From the NCBI GenBank assembly GCA_965645245.1, contig OZ287068.1, forward strand, positions 2,542,001 through 2,606,000: 64,000 nucleotides of DNA, written 5' to 3'. Numbering within the stretch: position 1 is the stretch's first letter; every line of letters begins with the position of its first letter. Source of the stretch: Massalongia carnosa. Taxonomy: Eukaryota. Shown here piece after piece: positions 1 through 14,421 of this stretch. Under the pieces are notes generated by a model that saw only the letters and a list, made by a program, of their open reading frames with translations, ran no database searches and had not been told where the DNA came from. Position numbers and translations under genes: made by a program.

Positions 1-206
1 ACTGTTTTCGAGTGACGAGGCTATTCAGATTTCTTTAATTCATCGTTATTGTCGCTGTCATTGATGATGACGATGAGGGTATTTAGATATTCTGGTGTTT
101 AAAGTAGTGGTGGTTGACGAACTAGTGGTAGGTTACGTTATTTGATTGATATTTTGCGTGTAAAAGTTGAACTTTGCTTTCCGCCGAACTTTGCTTTCCC
201 CAACTA
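1..206 (-). mobile_element. Possible terminus of a decayed Tc1/mariner-pogo (Fot1-like) DNA transposon extending off the left window edge
   Basis: Direct repeat GAACTTTGCTTTCC at 169-182 and 186-199, then CCCAAC and TA (205-206). This resembles the doubled transposase-binding motif inside pogo-type TIRs. The interior is AT-rich with no ORF, and the partner end is not in the window. Confidence 0.3.
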
Positions 207-879
207 GAGGCAAGCGAGTCACCGATGAGAGGCCAATCACCAAGCCCAGGAAGATTTACCGAGTTACCCACGTGGAAAACCATTCATCCGCGCCCAGGGC
301 ACATGACTACTCGTCAAGAACGTAAGGGTTTGAACTGGGGAGTGATTCTTTCTGTCAGCATGTCTCCATCAATCAAGTCAGATAAACTCTTCAATAACCT
401 TCTCCAATGCAGCGTCTTTTATGTTTCATGGTTATATATTATAAATACTAACTACACCTTTCACACAAGAAGCCTTATTATAAAAATTGTGTCTCCTTTT
501 ACGATGTGTTTCTCCTTGGGAGTGATCGTGATCTTAGCATACAAAGTTTAATGCACCGCTGAGCCTTTTGCTTTTGTACATCAAGTTGCATTTTCGCAAC
601 TGTCCTTTGCTCAGATTGAATAACATGAAGATTGCCCACCAGATCGTTGGCGGATATTTTGAAATCCAAGTCCGAAAATGACAAGTGAAGTCCTTTTAAA
701 CCCACTACGGAAACGGCAATCTGTAACTTTGGTTCACGAAGCAAGATTCACAACGTATAAACAGTGGGCCTATTTTCCACCCCTTTATTATTCCGCCTTA
801 CGGTCCATCCTCACCTAAAACGCAAGCGGCAGCACCACATTTCAACCTTCAACCATCAGTATAACCCATCACCTTACAG

Positions 880-1506
880 TATCAAAATCCGCAGAGTTCC
901 CAGATGCTGATGTGAGTGAGAGCAAGGTTCGAAGCCAATTCGAACGCTCTGAACAATGCAGTACACCATCTGCATAATGCAGCCGTTGCAAATACAAAAT
1001 ATTGCAGAACAAGTTGGCCGGTTATCTCAAGCGCCGATAATCCAAGGCCAAGCCATCATGACTTCCATTCAAGAAGTGCGAGAAGAGCTTGGATGCGAAA
1101 TTCGACAGATGCGTGAGGAGTTCCGAGCCAGGTTCGTCTAGGAATCTTGTCTTCTTCGCCATTAAGCCAACCTAATCCTAGAGATTACAACATGCAAGCT
1201 CGGATTTCCAACGGTCGAGTAGCACTACCGCGGAGACCTTTACGCGTACTACTCGATGTTTGTACCGCACAACCTATTGCCAACTTTCCTGTCCATCTAG
1301 CAGCAATACAATCAGAAAGCACGTTTCTTTTGCCTTCATTCCGTACTTCTTGCCGTGATTGCTGATACAGCAACTCTTTAGATTATCGGAACATATTTCG
1401 AGAGTTGCTTGAGGCCCTGGAGATAACCTCTCAACCGAATGCACAATGGTCGATTGAGGATGCACGCCTAGACTTTCGGGTAGCAATAGGCTGCTTGCCA
1501 TTATAG
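880..1506 (+). pseudogene. Relic of a small coiled-coil hypothetical gene (Mug135/DUF1773-like C-terminus)
   Basis: Fragments VRARFEANSNALNN / LQIQNIAEQVGRL...IRQMREEFRAR / DYNMQARISNG...PIANFPVHLAAI / LLEALEI...FRVAIGCLPL*, joined by two apparent GT-AG introns. Frameshifts and a stop interrupt the frame. Confidence 0.3.
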
Positions 1507-2935
1507 GGAGGAGATGTGATGTGATATTCGGGTGAGTTGCCGGCCAAGTGTGCCTGAGTGATATGGGTGGTTGAAAATCAGAACAGGCTTGGGAGCAGGA
1601 TAAAGTGCGGAAGTGGAGAAGTAGGCATATATTCCTTCATATTCCGACAGGCTGGCAATGCTTGTAACTAATTGTCCCACAAGCTTTCCCAGCCTGAACA
1701 GCATCTCTCGTTGTACCTCTTAACACCCCTCCCTCCCTCCCTCCCTCCCTCCTCCCTTCCTGGTGGAAACTGTGTTTCAGGGGGCAAAATGCCAGACGCT
1801 TTCGCTTTGCGGGGTATCTTTCCACCAACACACTACTCGTATGACTCGGCAGGTAGTGTAGAACAACTGTGAAAATATTTGCGAAGAAGAAAACTTCCGG
1901 AGAATTGGAATCTCCGCTTTGGATTTTTTTCCCCCTCGCTTCTACCTACCCACCTACCCACCTATCTCTCCAAGCATCTACATAGTACATAGTACATAGT
2001 ACATAGATTGAATTTGGCCGGGACGGGGACTCGGGGAACGGGGGGGGCTTCATGAGGAGAAGAGGAAGGTTGGATGGAGGCTGCGTGGGAGGTAAATATA
2101 TTTACAGACAGAGGAATAAGGTAAAGTATTCAAAAGAGGCAAGATATCGAATATATAACTAATGGATCCGTTAAGGGGTCTAGATATGTAGGTATTGATA
2201 GATATTTAAAACCAAGAACAGATTGATAGATAGAATTTTTCGGAGATGTTTGATACACATACAGAGAGAGAGAGAGAGAGATGTTGATAGGTAGGTAGTA
2301 GGGGTGTTGACATATACCCAGAAAAGTGTCGATACACAGACAGTGAGAGAGAGAGAGAGAGAGAGAAGCGTCGATCAATAGGTACATATATGTATCCCAA
2401 AGCTTTTTTTTTTTTACCAATGTAGCTGGACTAGATCATTGCATTGGACTGTCAGTCCAATTAAGTCGCTCTGTAGTCAATCAGTCAGTCACTTTGCTAG
2501 GGGACCTGTATACACACACACACACCTAACGTAGGTACTCTATGCCTAACTACTGTTGTAAAACGAACCCCGCCGAAGGATTCCACGGTTGGTTGGTTGG
2601 TCAGTCATAGGACTGTTCAGGATTCTGGCTGCGCCTGGTGTCCCGTTTTCCCCGCTTGCCCTTTCTGCCTGAAATGCGCCAAAAAAAAAAAAGGATGGGG
2701 TTTTCCCCCATCGTAAATGCCATTGTCTAGAGACTTCTATAAACTTCGCTCGATATGCAGCTAGCTATCCCGCATTCGTGCCTGGACCAAATCTATGCTC
2801 AAATATCATCCCAACGCCTCTCTACTCCCCTGGCTGTGCGGCACGCTCTTGCGATCCCCGACTGGATAGAAGCGTGCATTCTCCGGCTTGCATAACACTT
2901 GCTGATCGTGGCTCATCATCGCACTCGACCCACAG

Positions 2936-4451
2936 TCAGGTTGTCTTGAGCGCGGCTGGAGCAGCAAACTTCAAGGGCGGAACGCCATGGCCGTTTCTGT
3001 TGCGAAAAAAGAGAATCCCCTTTCCGTCGCCTTGCGCTCCCTCCGACGGTTCAACCCACTGACACCATCTCGCGCTCTTCCACATGCTTTTCAAGAATCC
3101 TATCGGCCCGCCCTTCACGTCTGATCGATAGTGTCGCCCCATAATTGGCTTGATTGCTTCGGTGGCCTCATCGGCGTTATAAAACGGAATCGTCGAGACA
3201 TAATGATGAAGGACGTGGGTCTCGATGATGCCATGCAGGAGCTGGCGGCCAATGAAACCAAACTCGCGATCAATCGTAGCTGCTGCGCCACGAGTGAAGT
3301 TCCAGACATGAGGTTCGTAATGGGGGAGCGAAGGGTCGGTATGTTGGAGGAAGGTGATGGCGACTTCAGGCATGGTCAGTACCGAAAAATAATAATAAAG
3401 CTATCATATCCGGAGAACGCTTACCTAGCCAATGGTTTACCCATAGGTACGGGAGGAAGTACCAGACAGCCAGATTGGCCCATCCATAATTCTTCCCAAT
3501 AAGAATCAATGTGCCGGCAGAAATGGCCAAGCCCAGGTCACTCAGCAATATTAGCTTTCCGTCCTTCGCTTCGTACAGCGGACTGGATGGATCGAAGTGG
3601 TTCACACCACCGCCAAGTCCATTCTTCTTGCCCTTCCCACGACCCTCGGCTTGACGCTCATGGCAGTTGTGGCCCGTGGTGTTGAAGAACAAATACAGAA
3701 GCCAACCGACAAGCTGCTGCCCAATCATCGTCGTGGCTGTGGCAATCGGGGTTTCTTCCATGAGTTCGGACAGTTCGTGGGCATACCGTCCCAGCCGTGA
3801 TGCATAAATATCTCGCGTTTTTGGGACGAACACCATGTCGCGTTCAATGTGTCCGGTGGCCTTGTGATGCTTGCCGTGGGAGATTTTCCACGAAAAATAC
3901 GGGACCAGAAGAGCGGAATGACAGATCCAGCCGACTGTATCGTTGAGCGTCTTGGATGGCGAGAAGGACTGGTGACCACACTCATGGGCAAGCACCCATA
4001 GCCCGGTACCGAAAAGACCCTGTACAAACGTATAGAGACTCCACAAAGCGGTGCGGATAAGGGTGGAGGGAACGTTTTCGGGAGTGAGATATCGATGAAA
4101 CAGATAAAAGGTGACAGCAAGGGAGACAATGTCCCGTGCCACATAGCCTAGACCGCGTACTGCCGAGCGCTCGAAACAATGCGAGGGAATGGCGTCTCGA
4201 ATCTGCTTGATGGTGAAATCGGGTATCTCGAATTCGTTGCCATAGGTGTCGAGCAGTTTGCCGTTGATGTGGTCCAGGTTCACCGCAGATTCCGAGGCAA
4301 GAGAAGAGAGTGATGTAGACGAAGGCGATTGGCGGGGACTGTCACCGGGGGAGGCGGAGACGGAGACGGAATTCGAGGACGATGTGGAATCCACCGCCAG
4401 GGTAACCGGATGTTGGTGAACGTTCTTTCGAGCCGCAACCGTTGTCGCCAT
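2936..4451 (-). CDS. odeA: Delta-12 (omega-6) fatty acid desaturase
   Basis: His boxes HECGH, HGKHH and HVLHH. ATG at 4451 (MATTVAARK). One 61-bp intron at 3364-3424 (GTAAGC...ACTGAC...AAG) joins NHWL to VAITFLQHT in frame. Confidence 0.95.
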
Positions 4452-6357
4452 CTTGTCGAGCGCTGTTACGAATTCCGATGCTGAAGGTTCAGTAGGGTTG
4501 CGTGTACAAGACTCGGTCGAACAGGAGCCCAAGAATCGCCAATGGGGTAATGTAATGCAAGTAGGTTGAGAGCAGGTTTGTATATATGGGGTGGGTGAGG
4601 CACACAAAGGTGGACAATCAGATGCGTTGTCTGTGACTGACCAGACAAACCAATTGATCGGGCGTGGACTGTTTTGTGAAACGGAATACAATTCTCAAAC
4701 GACCCAAGGCAGGCAAGGCAGGCAAGGCAGGTATGTGAAAGGAAGCAGGTTGGTGAGAGGGGCGACTTTCATCGATTGGGAAACTTTCGATACTGGGCTC
4801 TAGATTTTCCACCAGAGTAGGCTAGTTTATAGCTCGAATTCACCCGAAAGGTTTACTAGTTGCTCGGAACGACTAACTAGCGGCTACTTTGACCTTAGTT
4901 ACATACAATACTCTATACGGAGTAACCCATCTTGCAAACCTGCGAAAGAAAAGGGTCTCGGCTGATGCATTCTCGCTGAACGACTCCCTCCCTTCCCCTC
5001 ATCCATTGGTGCTATCAAGATTCTCCCAAAAAGGAAAAAAGAGAAAAGAAAAGATAAAAAACTTTCCTACTGCCATTTCCCAGTTTGTTAGTTAGCCTCT
5101 TTAAAAGGGGGGACCAAAATCATTGGGATCCGTGGGAATAATGCAGAGAGTAACGCCAATCCCGTTCAGCTGGCGGAGTATGAGCGTGACTTTCGGAGTA
5201 GTTGCGCTATATGGAGTATTTATAAACAAGAGAGGTGGAAACCTTCGGCGTGTCGTATCGTGGGATGTATGTATCTGAGGGCTCTTTCTCTCTTTCTCTC
5301 TCCCTCTCTCTTTCTCTGTCTCTCTGGAAGGGGGAGGGTAGGTTATCTTGATTGACTCTAACTACTCTGTATGTGGTCTAAGGAAAGATGGGAGATGGCT
5401 TGTTGTTGGGACAGCTGAGCGGTGCAGCTTGCAGCGTTCTGTTGGGGAATCTTGCCCCAAGACGGTTTAGCCTCTGGGAAGGAGATCTTGGCCGGATCGT
5501 GGTGCGACTCTTGGACTATTACACCCGACTGTACCTACCAGAGAAACGCGACACTAAGAGGATTTCAAGGAGGGCGGTTCCGAGAGTGTTCTTGCCGTGC
5601 GATGGATATCTACAACGTCTACATGTTTCGTTCGGCTTTTTGCTTGAAATCGTCGTCTCATTTATTGGTTCAGGTCTCGCTTGCTCAGAAGCGTGGTGAT
5701 GTATGTGATCCGCTCCGTACGGCGACGGACTTTCATGCGGCAAACTAAAATCGTAAAAATCTATTTCGTCGAAGGTACGTGGTGGAGTACTATAAAGTCA
5801 ACGACTAGTGTCTCTTGCGGCTCTATGAACATCCTCAATCTCCCTTCAACGTTCCTGAGACCATGTCCCCCCTCTTCCCCGCCGACGTAATTCTACCCAA
5901 TCGTGACTTGCTCCCGGTAGACCAGTTGACAGTTAATCAGTTCAACACCTCCTGGAATCAAAGGTAACTCTTCGTCCTTATGGATAGGATGCTCGGCGCC
6001 TAGGACCAACACAAGTAGCAAAGCAAGCGAATCTTTGAGCGCAGTGCTCAGCACAGAGTACAGAAAGCCTTTCTCCCGTCGCTAATTAGAAACCACCTTT
6101 GGAGACGTTTCGATGGGAAACGGCCCTGGAAACCGTGAATATTTCATGCCCATGCCTATGTGGCCTAGTTCCCCTTTCCCAATCCCAAGACTTACTCCAA
6201 TCGTCTGAGGAAATGTTTGATGACGACGAGGCCTAACCGATGTGTCAACGAGCATGGCGTCGCTCGGCGCATGCACGATACTTAGTGTGGGTGGTTACCA
6301 CGACGGAGGAAGGCTAACTGAGTACCCTGGCTGAGAGCTTTGCAACTATTTCCGGCT

Positions 6358-9300
6358 CTATATGCGCCATCTGGCTCTTGAGTCCACCAACCATGCGCCA
6401 GCGACCGAGTTTCCAGGGTCAAGGCTGACAGTACTGCTGCTAAGATTAGGGACGACAAGCAGAGTCTCGCCTTGACTCCTGTAATCAGTTTCGCAAGAGT
6501 GATGCAAGCTATCTAGAGATTTGCGGGTTTTGCCAGAGTGGGGAGGATCGTGTAACTGAGACACCAGGATGTCAAGGGACGGATACAACAAGTAGCCCGT
6601 CCTCTGAGGTATGAGCAGAAGCGAAAAGCTAAGAACTTCGTCTTCCTACTCCTTTGGTAAGCAAGTCATCATAGATCAAGGGGGCAAAGCAATATACCTT
6701 TGCGCTAAAATGCGACTTTCTCTGACCTCCAATCAGCCAAGTATCTGGATTTGCTTGCACTTCATAGCAAAAACTCAAGGCTTGGCTCTTAGGGCGCATC
6801 TCCCCTTGACTCAACCACCTTCGGGTGTGCTTAATCACCAGCTCTGCAGGAATGGTTTGTGAGACGGCAGCAACTTCCGGTTCTGGCAAGGCTCTTTGAC
6901 GATTGTGGTGCAGTTTGAGCCAGGCTGTATGAACCACTGCCATTTGAGGTATGTCGACTGGAACTGTGAGGTAGTGTGACTTCTTGGGCTCAAAATCCTC
7001 GGGTATGGGGATCGTGGCATGCTTCTGACGGGTGGTGAGCAAAATCGATAGCCATCAGGTAGACAAGACATTACCTCTTGCCAATTTGTCAACCATTCGG
7101 AGAGTTCATGATGATGTTCTGGTCTAACGCCGGCAAGAATCATGTTCCACTCCTTGTGTAGCATTGGGTCCAGGACAATCTCCCGTCTTAGCCCGATCGT
7201 TTCAAGTTCTGGGATGGAGAGTTTGGATCGTGTTTTCGCCAAGAAAGCGGGTACCAAGAGACGCGTAAAGGCTGATAGATTGGCAGTTGCCAAAGACCTT
7301 GAGCAGCATTGCTCAAGCGTTTCAGAGATCTCCTGGTCCAAACTGCGATACTCAATCTCAAGCGCCAATCTCGTTTGGAGTACATCTTTGGATTCAAAGT
7401 TGGTGGCACGTTTCTTCCGATGGATTCGGGACACGATAGAGAGTGGCTGTCGGGGAAATATGTCAATCTTTGAGTCAGGCAATAACGGACCCGATGCTTC
7501 GAAATCAAGGGTGTCTTGAACGTAACATTTGGAGACTCTTAATGGTATAGAGTTTGCGGTGCTTATCGTAAACCTTGAAAAAAGTGCATTTTGCTGAAAG
7601 ATATCTTGAACGTTCACCCCAAGAGGTAAAGGTGTAGAAATTCTCGGGTTGTAGGCGTAAGTAAAGTCGCCTTTAGCCGTTGTATATAGGATCTCCATTT
7701 TCACAGTTATTTCACTAAGATCACTCTCAAGGTCATAAGGTACTCTCAAACCCATGGTGGTGTCCGCAGAGAGCTCACCAAAGCCTATGATTCCTGGTTG
7801 GGATTGGTCGACGATATTTGTGTTGGTACTCATGAGTAGAGCATCAGCCGTGCGGAGACGGAGCCCTGCAGAGCCAGACCGTAGGAGAAGCTTGCCCGAT
7901 AAAATACTGTTCCAGCCACTGCTAATTTGAAGCTCAACCGACCTCGGCTGTTCGAGATGAATTCTGTTGTATAGAGATAAGCGAGCCTCGAGAGCTCTGG
8001 GTGATGGCCAAACCAGTATGCGAACCCGATTGATGTTATCAACCGAGCCAAGAGAAATCGGATCCCCAGATCCAATTGAAAGACCCTCGCGGTGAGGCGG
8101 TGAGAGATTCTTTGTGAATTCAATGTTTTGCATTGTAAGAGCAATCTTGTTTGGCACATACCAGGCTGGTATCATGGCCTGAAAATAGTCAATATTTTTG
8201 TGTGCACCTATGGAGCTTGTTGCAAACCTTTGTTCCCAGTAAAACCGTGAACGTTCCAGGCTCTAAGATATGAATGCCATCAGCAGCTAGCCAGAACTCC
8301 GAGTGATGCTCTTCGTCGATGCTGGTTATCTTAACTTGGATCTTTTGAGCCTTAACGGCCTCGGAAGTGCAATTTCGCAGCGTCAACCGCAGCTGGAATC
8401 CATCGTGATCATCAAAATGACGAGGGTGTGGGTCTATCATGATGTTGTCAAAATAATCATCAAGCATCGCTGAGACAGGCTTATCGAGCGAATTTGAAGC
8501 AGAAATCAAATTTGATAGAGTTAATAGCATCGATTTATCGCTTGGCTGAATACCAAAGTTACCCCAGTTCTGCCGAACCAGTCTCGCAATGACTTTCAAT
8601 CCAACCTGAATATAATCTTCGTAACGGTTGGTACGTTCCAAACACTGCGCATACATGTTCAGCATGCTTTTTTCTAAATGCCCCCAATCAGCCTTAGCGT
8701 AGTATGGTGCCAACTGATCAAAATATAATGCAGCAGCACTGTAATCGCCGTTGAGACTATCGAACAGTCAGTACCACATCCACGAGCACAATATGGCACA
8801 CATACAATCTCATTGCGGCTATATCTGCAATTACTGCTCGGGCAGACTTATGCCTATCACCAAGTACGAAAAGACCTAAAGTTGAGACAGACAGTTTCTA
8901 CGAGAGAAGTCAATACTTTGCTGATTGAAACCCAACGGGTGTCATACCTCGTAAGTTGCGTAAAAAGTATTTTTCCCTTTCATAGAGCTATGCAACACTT
9001 GGTTTCGTAGACCGGCGGCACAGAATGGTTGAGAAGGGCTAAAGGATTCGACACGGCTGGGCGGGTCATCGATCACAGGAGGGTCTAGGGAAACATCGTC
9101 CATCGCATACTCCGAGCTATGACTATAGTCATTGTCACCCCACGGACCCTTCCAGAAACCGCATCGCAACCCGAGACTTTCAAGAGCACGTCTGGCCAAG
9201 CCAGTGAGCTCTGCTTGTTGAATAGCTAACTCTTGGAAACCAGTTTGAGATGAGATAGGCGGCTGTAGCCATACCGCGTCTAGCGCTAGGGCACTAGACA

Positions 9301-11226
9301 ACTTTGCCTGAGGGGATGGATCAATCACCAAAGGTATGGGTGATGGCAAAGAACTTGTCCGATCTGGGTGCTCTGCTCGCTTGACGGTACCGGTCGCCTT
9401 CGCTCCGGAGTTTCCATGTACGCCTTCATCTAACGAGAAGTGGTTCAGTAATGGTTTGAGCCGAGAGTATAGGAACGGTGTTGCTGTCTTCTCAAGTATA
9501 CATTGTGTTGCTGAGAAAATCCAGGAGGTAACCAAATTCTCAACAATGCTATTCTGAATGGTTTTAGAGAGACCAATGACTTTTTCTTGGCCATGTTCGG
9601 GGTCCTGGATTGAACTCCTTAAATCGTTTCGGATCGTTCGTGCTATACAGGCCATAAATTCAACTGCTTGCCGACCAATGTCTGAAAGAATCAAGAGGTT
9701 TTTTGCTTCCTCCTCATTGGAAGCTTGTTCTGGCCCATCGCTCTTGAGGTGAGTATTACTGTTTCTGGGTTCTTTATCACCGGTGGCCAAGAAGCTACCA
9801 TCCAAGGCGACTTCATTCGCCAAACGTAAGAGTAGAGACACCTGACGCGCAAACACGTAGCACAGAAAGTCGAACGCAGAGATACTGTTTGCCAATATTA
9901 ACTCACGGTACGGCTTCCTATCTGTGTCTAAAACCAATGCGCCAAGATCATGAAATAGCCCCTTACGTTTTCCATTTTCCAGACCCACGTCAGATCCCCG
10001 GTTACTTTGTCCGTGTAGGTCAGCTTGGAGACTATTCGATGCTATTTGGATTTCTTCCCACAGATCGTTGGTGAATGTGCGAAAGACTGCGGTTTGACGT
10101 TCCGCCGAGTTTTTCGCGCTTTGTTCGTCCACGATTGTGTTTAAAGCTGCAGCAAGCTCCCGGTACCCAGTCAACGCATCCTCGATGAGGCCAACGCTCT
10201 CAAACCCTCTTGCTAGGCCCTCTTTAAGAACGAAGAATGTATTGAAATTCCATCCCGGTATATTTCGTTGGGATTCCTTTTCTTTAATGTCATCCTCGTA
10301 TTGACTCACCCTCAAGTCAAAGGAGGCAAGGATGAGGAATTTCAGTTTGAAGATTAAGTCGTTCCATCCCCCCTTCTCATCTCGTGTTTGAGGATCAGAA
10401 ATCGAAGGTGAGGAGTGCGTAACGCTGGTCACGTCTGAACTCTCATGCAGCTGGATTTGGGCAACTCGATCAATCGCCGTTTTTGAAGTACCATTGAAAT
10501 CCGCACGGATTTTCTCTACTACCGTGGAAGAACCTCGCGTAGACCAGCGAGTGGAACCGGAACCCCGATCGATATTGTTTTCTCCCCTGAAGCTTCCGGA
10601 AACGTGAGCTCCATTTACAGTGTCTCCGGTTGGTGGTAATACGTGGACGATTAGCCACTCAAATGCGTCATGGTTCTCCCCCTTGTTGGGGGAAGTACTA
10701 CTTTGCGACGGGGGAGTGTGTTCTTTTACCCATTCCCGCAAAAGCTTCCGGGATACACCTTTGTAGTCTTCAGTATCATCGCAGCGAAGCAGGTAAATTT
10801 TCAAGTAGGGAGTTTGCCGTAAACCAGGTATCTGATGCCTGCGTTCCTTAATGGTCTCTGCACCTTGCGAAACGCGTGACGTCTTTGGTGAAGCATTTTC
10901 CAGAGTGCTGGATGTGCTATTGGCAGCCGTCTTCGCAACAGGGTCTGGCACGCCATATGACCACGTATCTGGCGATCTATGCTTGTCTGCGGCGACCAAC
11001 TCGACGTGTAGAGATGAAATGGATCGAAGAGGACGCGCTGATGAGTTCCAATGCAGGTTTCGTAAAGGAAGCCTTTGCTGCAGAGCATTTGAGACTAGGG
11101 GGAATATTCCAGAAGGGTCATGATATTCAACTTATTCCGTCGGTCAGTGGAAATACATTAAGAAAATTGGATAGGATACTCCTAACCGGCAACTTTGCTG
11201 GAATTGGAGGGCCTCAACCGCTCCAT
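6358..11226 (-). CDS. TRS130: TRAPP-II complex subunit Trs130 (TRAPPC10), multi-exon
   Basis: N-terminus MERLRPSNSSKV/VEYHDPSGIFPLVS...LHWNSSARPLRSI; motifs QTPYLKIYLLRCDD and PGWNFNTFFVLKEGLARGFE; C-terminal YEVQANPDTWLIGGQRK. The ORFs 8942-10999, 8189-8713, 6835-8175, 6629-7042 and 6358-6591 are linked by short canonical introns. Confidence 0.9.
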
Positions 11227-12394
11227 AACAGTACTGCCGCGAGGATAAATCGGTACGTGCCATCATCTTAAAGATGTAGGCACGTTTGTAAGAGGGCTGA
11301 TGGCCATTAGCTCGTTCGACAAGTATTTGGTAGAGTGAGGAAGGACCGTCGCAAGTACAAGGTATCGAAATAACTAGCCGAGAATGCATAACGTTTAATT
11401 CGTACTCGTACCTTGTACCTAAGTTAAATCTACATATTTTAATACAATAAATAGCTCATCGACTTTATTTTAATTTATTCAAGAGATAATTAGCATTATT
11501 CCCTCTCCTTTTTCTTTTAAAAAAAATCTATAAATTCATCCCTTGTTTCCCTTTTCCATTAATATTGATAATCATGTATTTTAAAGTAAAGGTCGGTGAG
11601 ACGGTTCGCAGGAGAGCTCAGCTAAATGACGAAAGGGGTTTTCACAAAGTGGCTCCCAATGCCCCTTGTCACTTATAAGATCTGTATGGCAACATAGCAG
11701 CAACGAACAGAACTATTCCATAGGGATACTTCTCGAGATTATATATATTTCTCAAACACAAAATCACAATCACTCGAGGCCGCCGATAAATCAAAAAAAT
11801 GCGGAGTTGACGGTTTCATTCTTGATAAACTATCCAGCCCACAGCACGCAGATATATATCAAACAACCCAAAAAAACGAAGTCTCAGAAAAGTCACCGTT
11901 ATCCAGAAGTGACTCAAAACAGTCTGTAGGAAATATGCAAGCCGACGAGAAGTAAACTGAAATAAAGTAAGAAAATTTCGCCGACGCCATTCAAAGCTAC
12001 GACGTACAAAAATCGCAGGGTGCGGTGATGATCCAGCTTCTTCTCTCGCTCTAAAGGAACGTCTGTTCGACGAATAACCACCGATTTCGTCTTAAAGCAG
12101 AATGCGTACCGATAATGTACGGGTGTATGATGTAATGAGATCCAAGGATGTCGGAGCAGATTATGCCGGTTCCAAGGCGTCGGGATAAACGCTGGCAGCC
12201 CAAAATCAATATCCACAAGGAACAACGCCCCAATGCAGCAAACCATACATATGTACTCCAAGATACACATCGTAAATACAAAATCTCCCACCGTCAACCA
12301 AGCTAAGTATTATATCTTGAAGTGTCCTAAAAGATGACCGAGCCGGTGCAAAACCGACCATTTCCCTCAATGGCACTTGATGTTTATCTGTTCG

Positions 12395-14255
12395 TCACTC
12401 AGAAATAGGAGACGGGCATTTTTTCAACTGCCTACTGCCGTCGGCTCTTCGATAGGAAAGCATCTTCAGACTATGCATGTCATATTCATCCTCCAAGCTA
12501 CCGTCCTCAGCCTCGATCTGCGGGATATCCTGGCCATGGTTCTTGGTACTTGGTCGCATGCCGCTATGCATGGGTTGATTGATGTGCTCGGAATCAAATA
12601 CAGCGCCAAACGCACGTTTGGTGTTACGGGGCATGCTAGGATTGGTGGACGAGGGAGTTGTGGTGTATGACGAGTATTTGCTCTGCATCCCATTGTACCC
12701 GGGTGCTACCCCTATCATTGAAACCCCTGTTGCTGAAACCGGTGAGGTCGGCTCATACTTCTTCTCCATAGGGGGTTGAAGGGTCTTCAGCGGAGGGAGC
12801 GCATGCCCAATTGGTGGGGTAACTGCAGGTGCAGCAGGAGCCTGAGTGGGCGGATGGTAATAGTTTTGGGGAATCGAAACCTGGCGATTTTCCACTTGAC
12901 TATAGCCATTCATGCTCTGCGCTGAATAGTTGCCTTGGTTGTTTGCAGCGATTGATGGCTGGCGATAATCCGACATGGGTCGGAAGTCGCTACCATCGGT
13001 ATACATTTGCGGTTGAGGGTAGATCGGCTGCTGAGTCGTCTGAGTCTGGGTGTATCCTGTAGTTTGCGAGTTCGATAGTTGACGTCCGTGAGCTGCGGCG
13101 GGATAATGAAAGCTACCATTATTAGGAATATAGTTTGGCGTCGCTTGGGACGCTGGCGTTGTAGGGGGTTGGAATGCAGGCGTAGGGTAATGGGGTGCAC
13201 CGCTCCCGCCAAAGGCAAGATGCGAAGTGTAACGAGTATTAGCGTTTTGAGGTTGCGGCGCTGGTGGAGGTTGCTGAAAGCTGGCTTGGTTGTAGTAGGA
13301 GAGGTCATGTGTAGACAGCCGCCGCTGGTCCGGCCCAAATGCGGCTGGGGCATCGATGCTTCCATTGCTTATCGAGCGAGGCCGTTCCGTCATCTGGGGC
13401 TTAGTATATGTGTCTGGTGTTGCAAATCGGTCCGAACGGGTATAGGTAGCCTCATCCTCGAAGTCCTCGAAATTCTTGTTTGATTTGGTGTCCCGACGTC
13501 TCATGCGTACATCTCGCCGTATCCGGACACGGCAGCCTTGCTCGGCGACAATCCGACTGAGAGAGGTGCTCTCTGCCAGTCCAGGGAACTTCTTCGCGCT
13601 GTAGACATTGAAGGGAACCGACTTGACTTCCAGACGGAAGTTGACATGAGCCTGGGGTGCCATGGGATTGTTCCGCGCCGATTTGTTCTCCTCCCCTTCT
13701 GCACTGCTGCCCGTTGGCTCTGCATCAGCGTCCTTGCTTTCCTTCAACTCCTCATACAGATTGAAACTCAGCCGATATTTGCCTTCATGGCGAACGGAGA
13801 GATCAGGGAAAATAAAATATCCTGCTGGGCTGGGGCGATCTAGATAAGCTATCCCGGCTACGGGCATCCCCGTGAGGACTGGAAACGAGGTTTGCGCTGT
13901 GGGTACACGACCTTGGGCGATTGGGCGAGCATTTTCCAGGGTGGTGTAAAGGAAGAAATTCGCGTTATACGAGAACGTGATGTCGTTCTTGGCCTCTCCT
14001 TCAAAGATGCGAAGCTCTACGACCGGGGGAGGGTCTACCGGACGGCGGTCTGCAGAGGCTACGTTTTTATTAGCATCACAGCGTTGGGGAGGAATTCATC
14101 TAGAAGTGAAACCAACATTTGGCTCCTGAACCGCATGCTCTTGCGCGTTCTGGCTGCTGGATAACAGACATTTCATACGTCAACTGCTTTCCCTCCTTCG
14201 TCACCCGACTCATGGTGCTTTTCGTCTCATTGCTAACCGGCATGATGCTCGCCAT
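12395..14255 (-). CDS. veA: Velvet family developmental and secondary-metabolism regulator VeA
   Basis: [47 protein letters not shown] and [30 protein letters not shown], followed by a Pro/Gln-rich C-terminus. One 58-bp intron at 14059-14116. Confidence 0.95.
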
Positions 14256-14421
14256 CGTGTCGGTTGGTACGCGCAATTTCAGCTGTAACTTCAAATCCGA
14301 TTTTGCCCAACGTAGGAAGAATATAAAATGTTCTTCGCTATGACATTCTCGCCTCTGGTTGAATGATGTGCGAAGCAGTCAATGCTGATAGAGCTTGGGA
14401 TTCGAACGTCTGAAATTTAGA

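Noticed and set aside
4452..4691. 80-aa N-terminal extension of the desaturase in the ORF track
   Set aside because: It starts at a non-ATG codon and looks like 5' UTR. The first ATG is at 4451.
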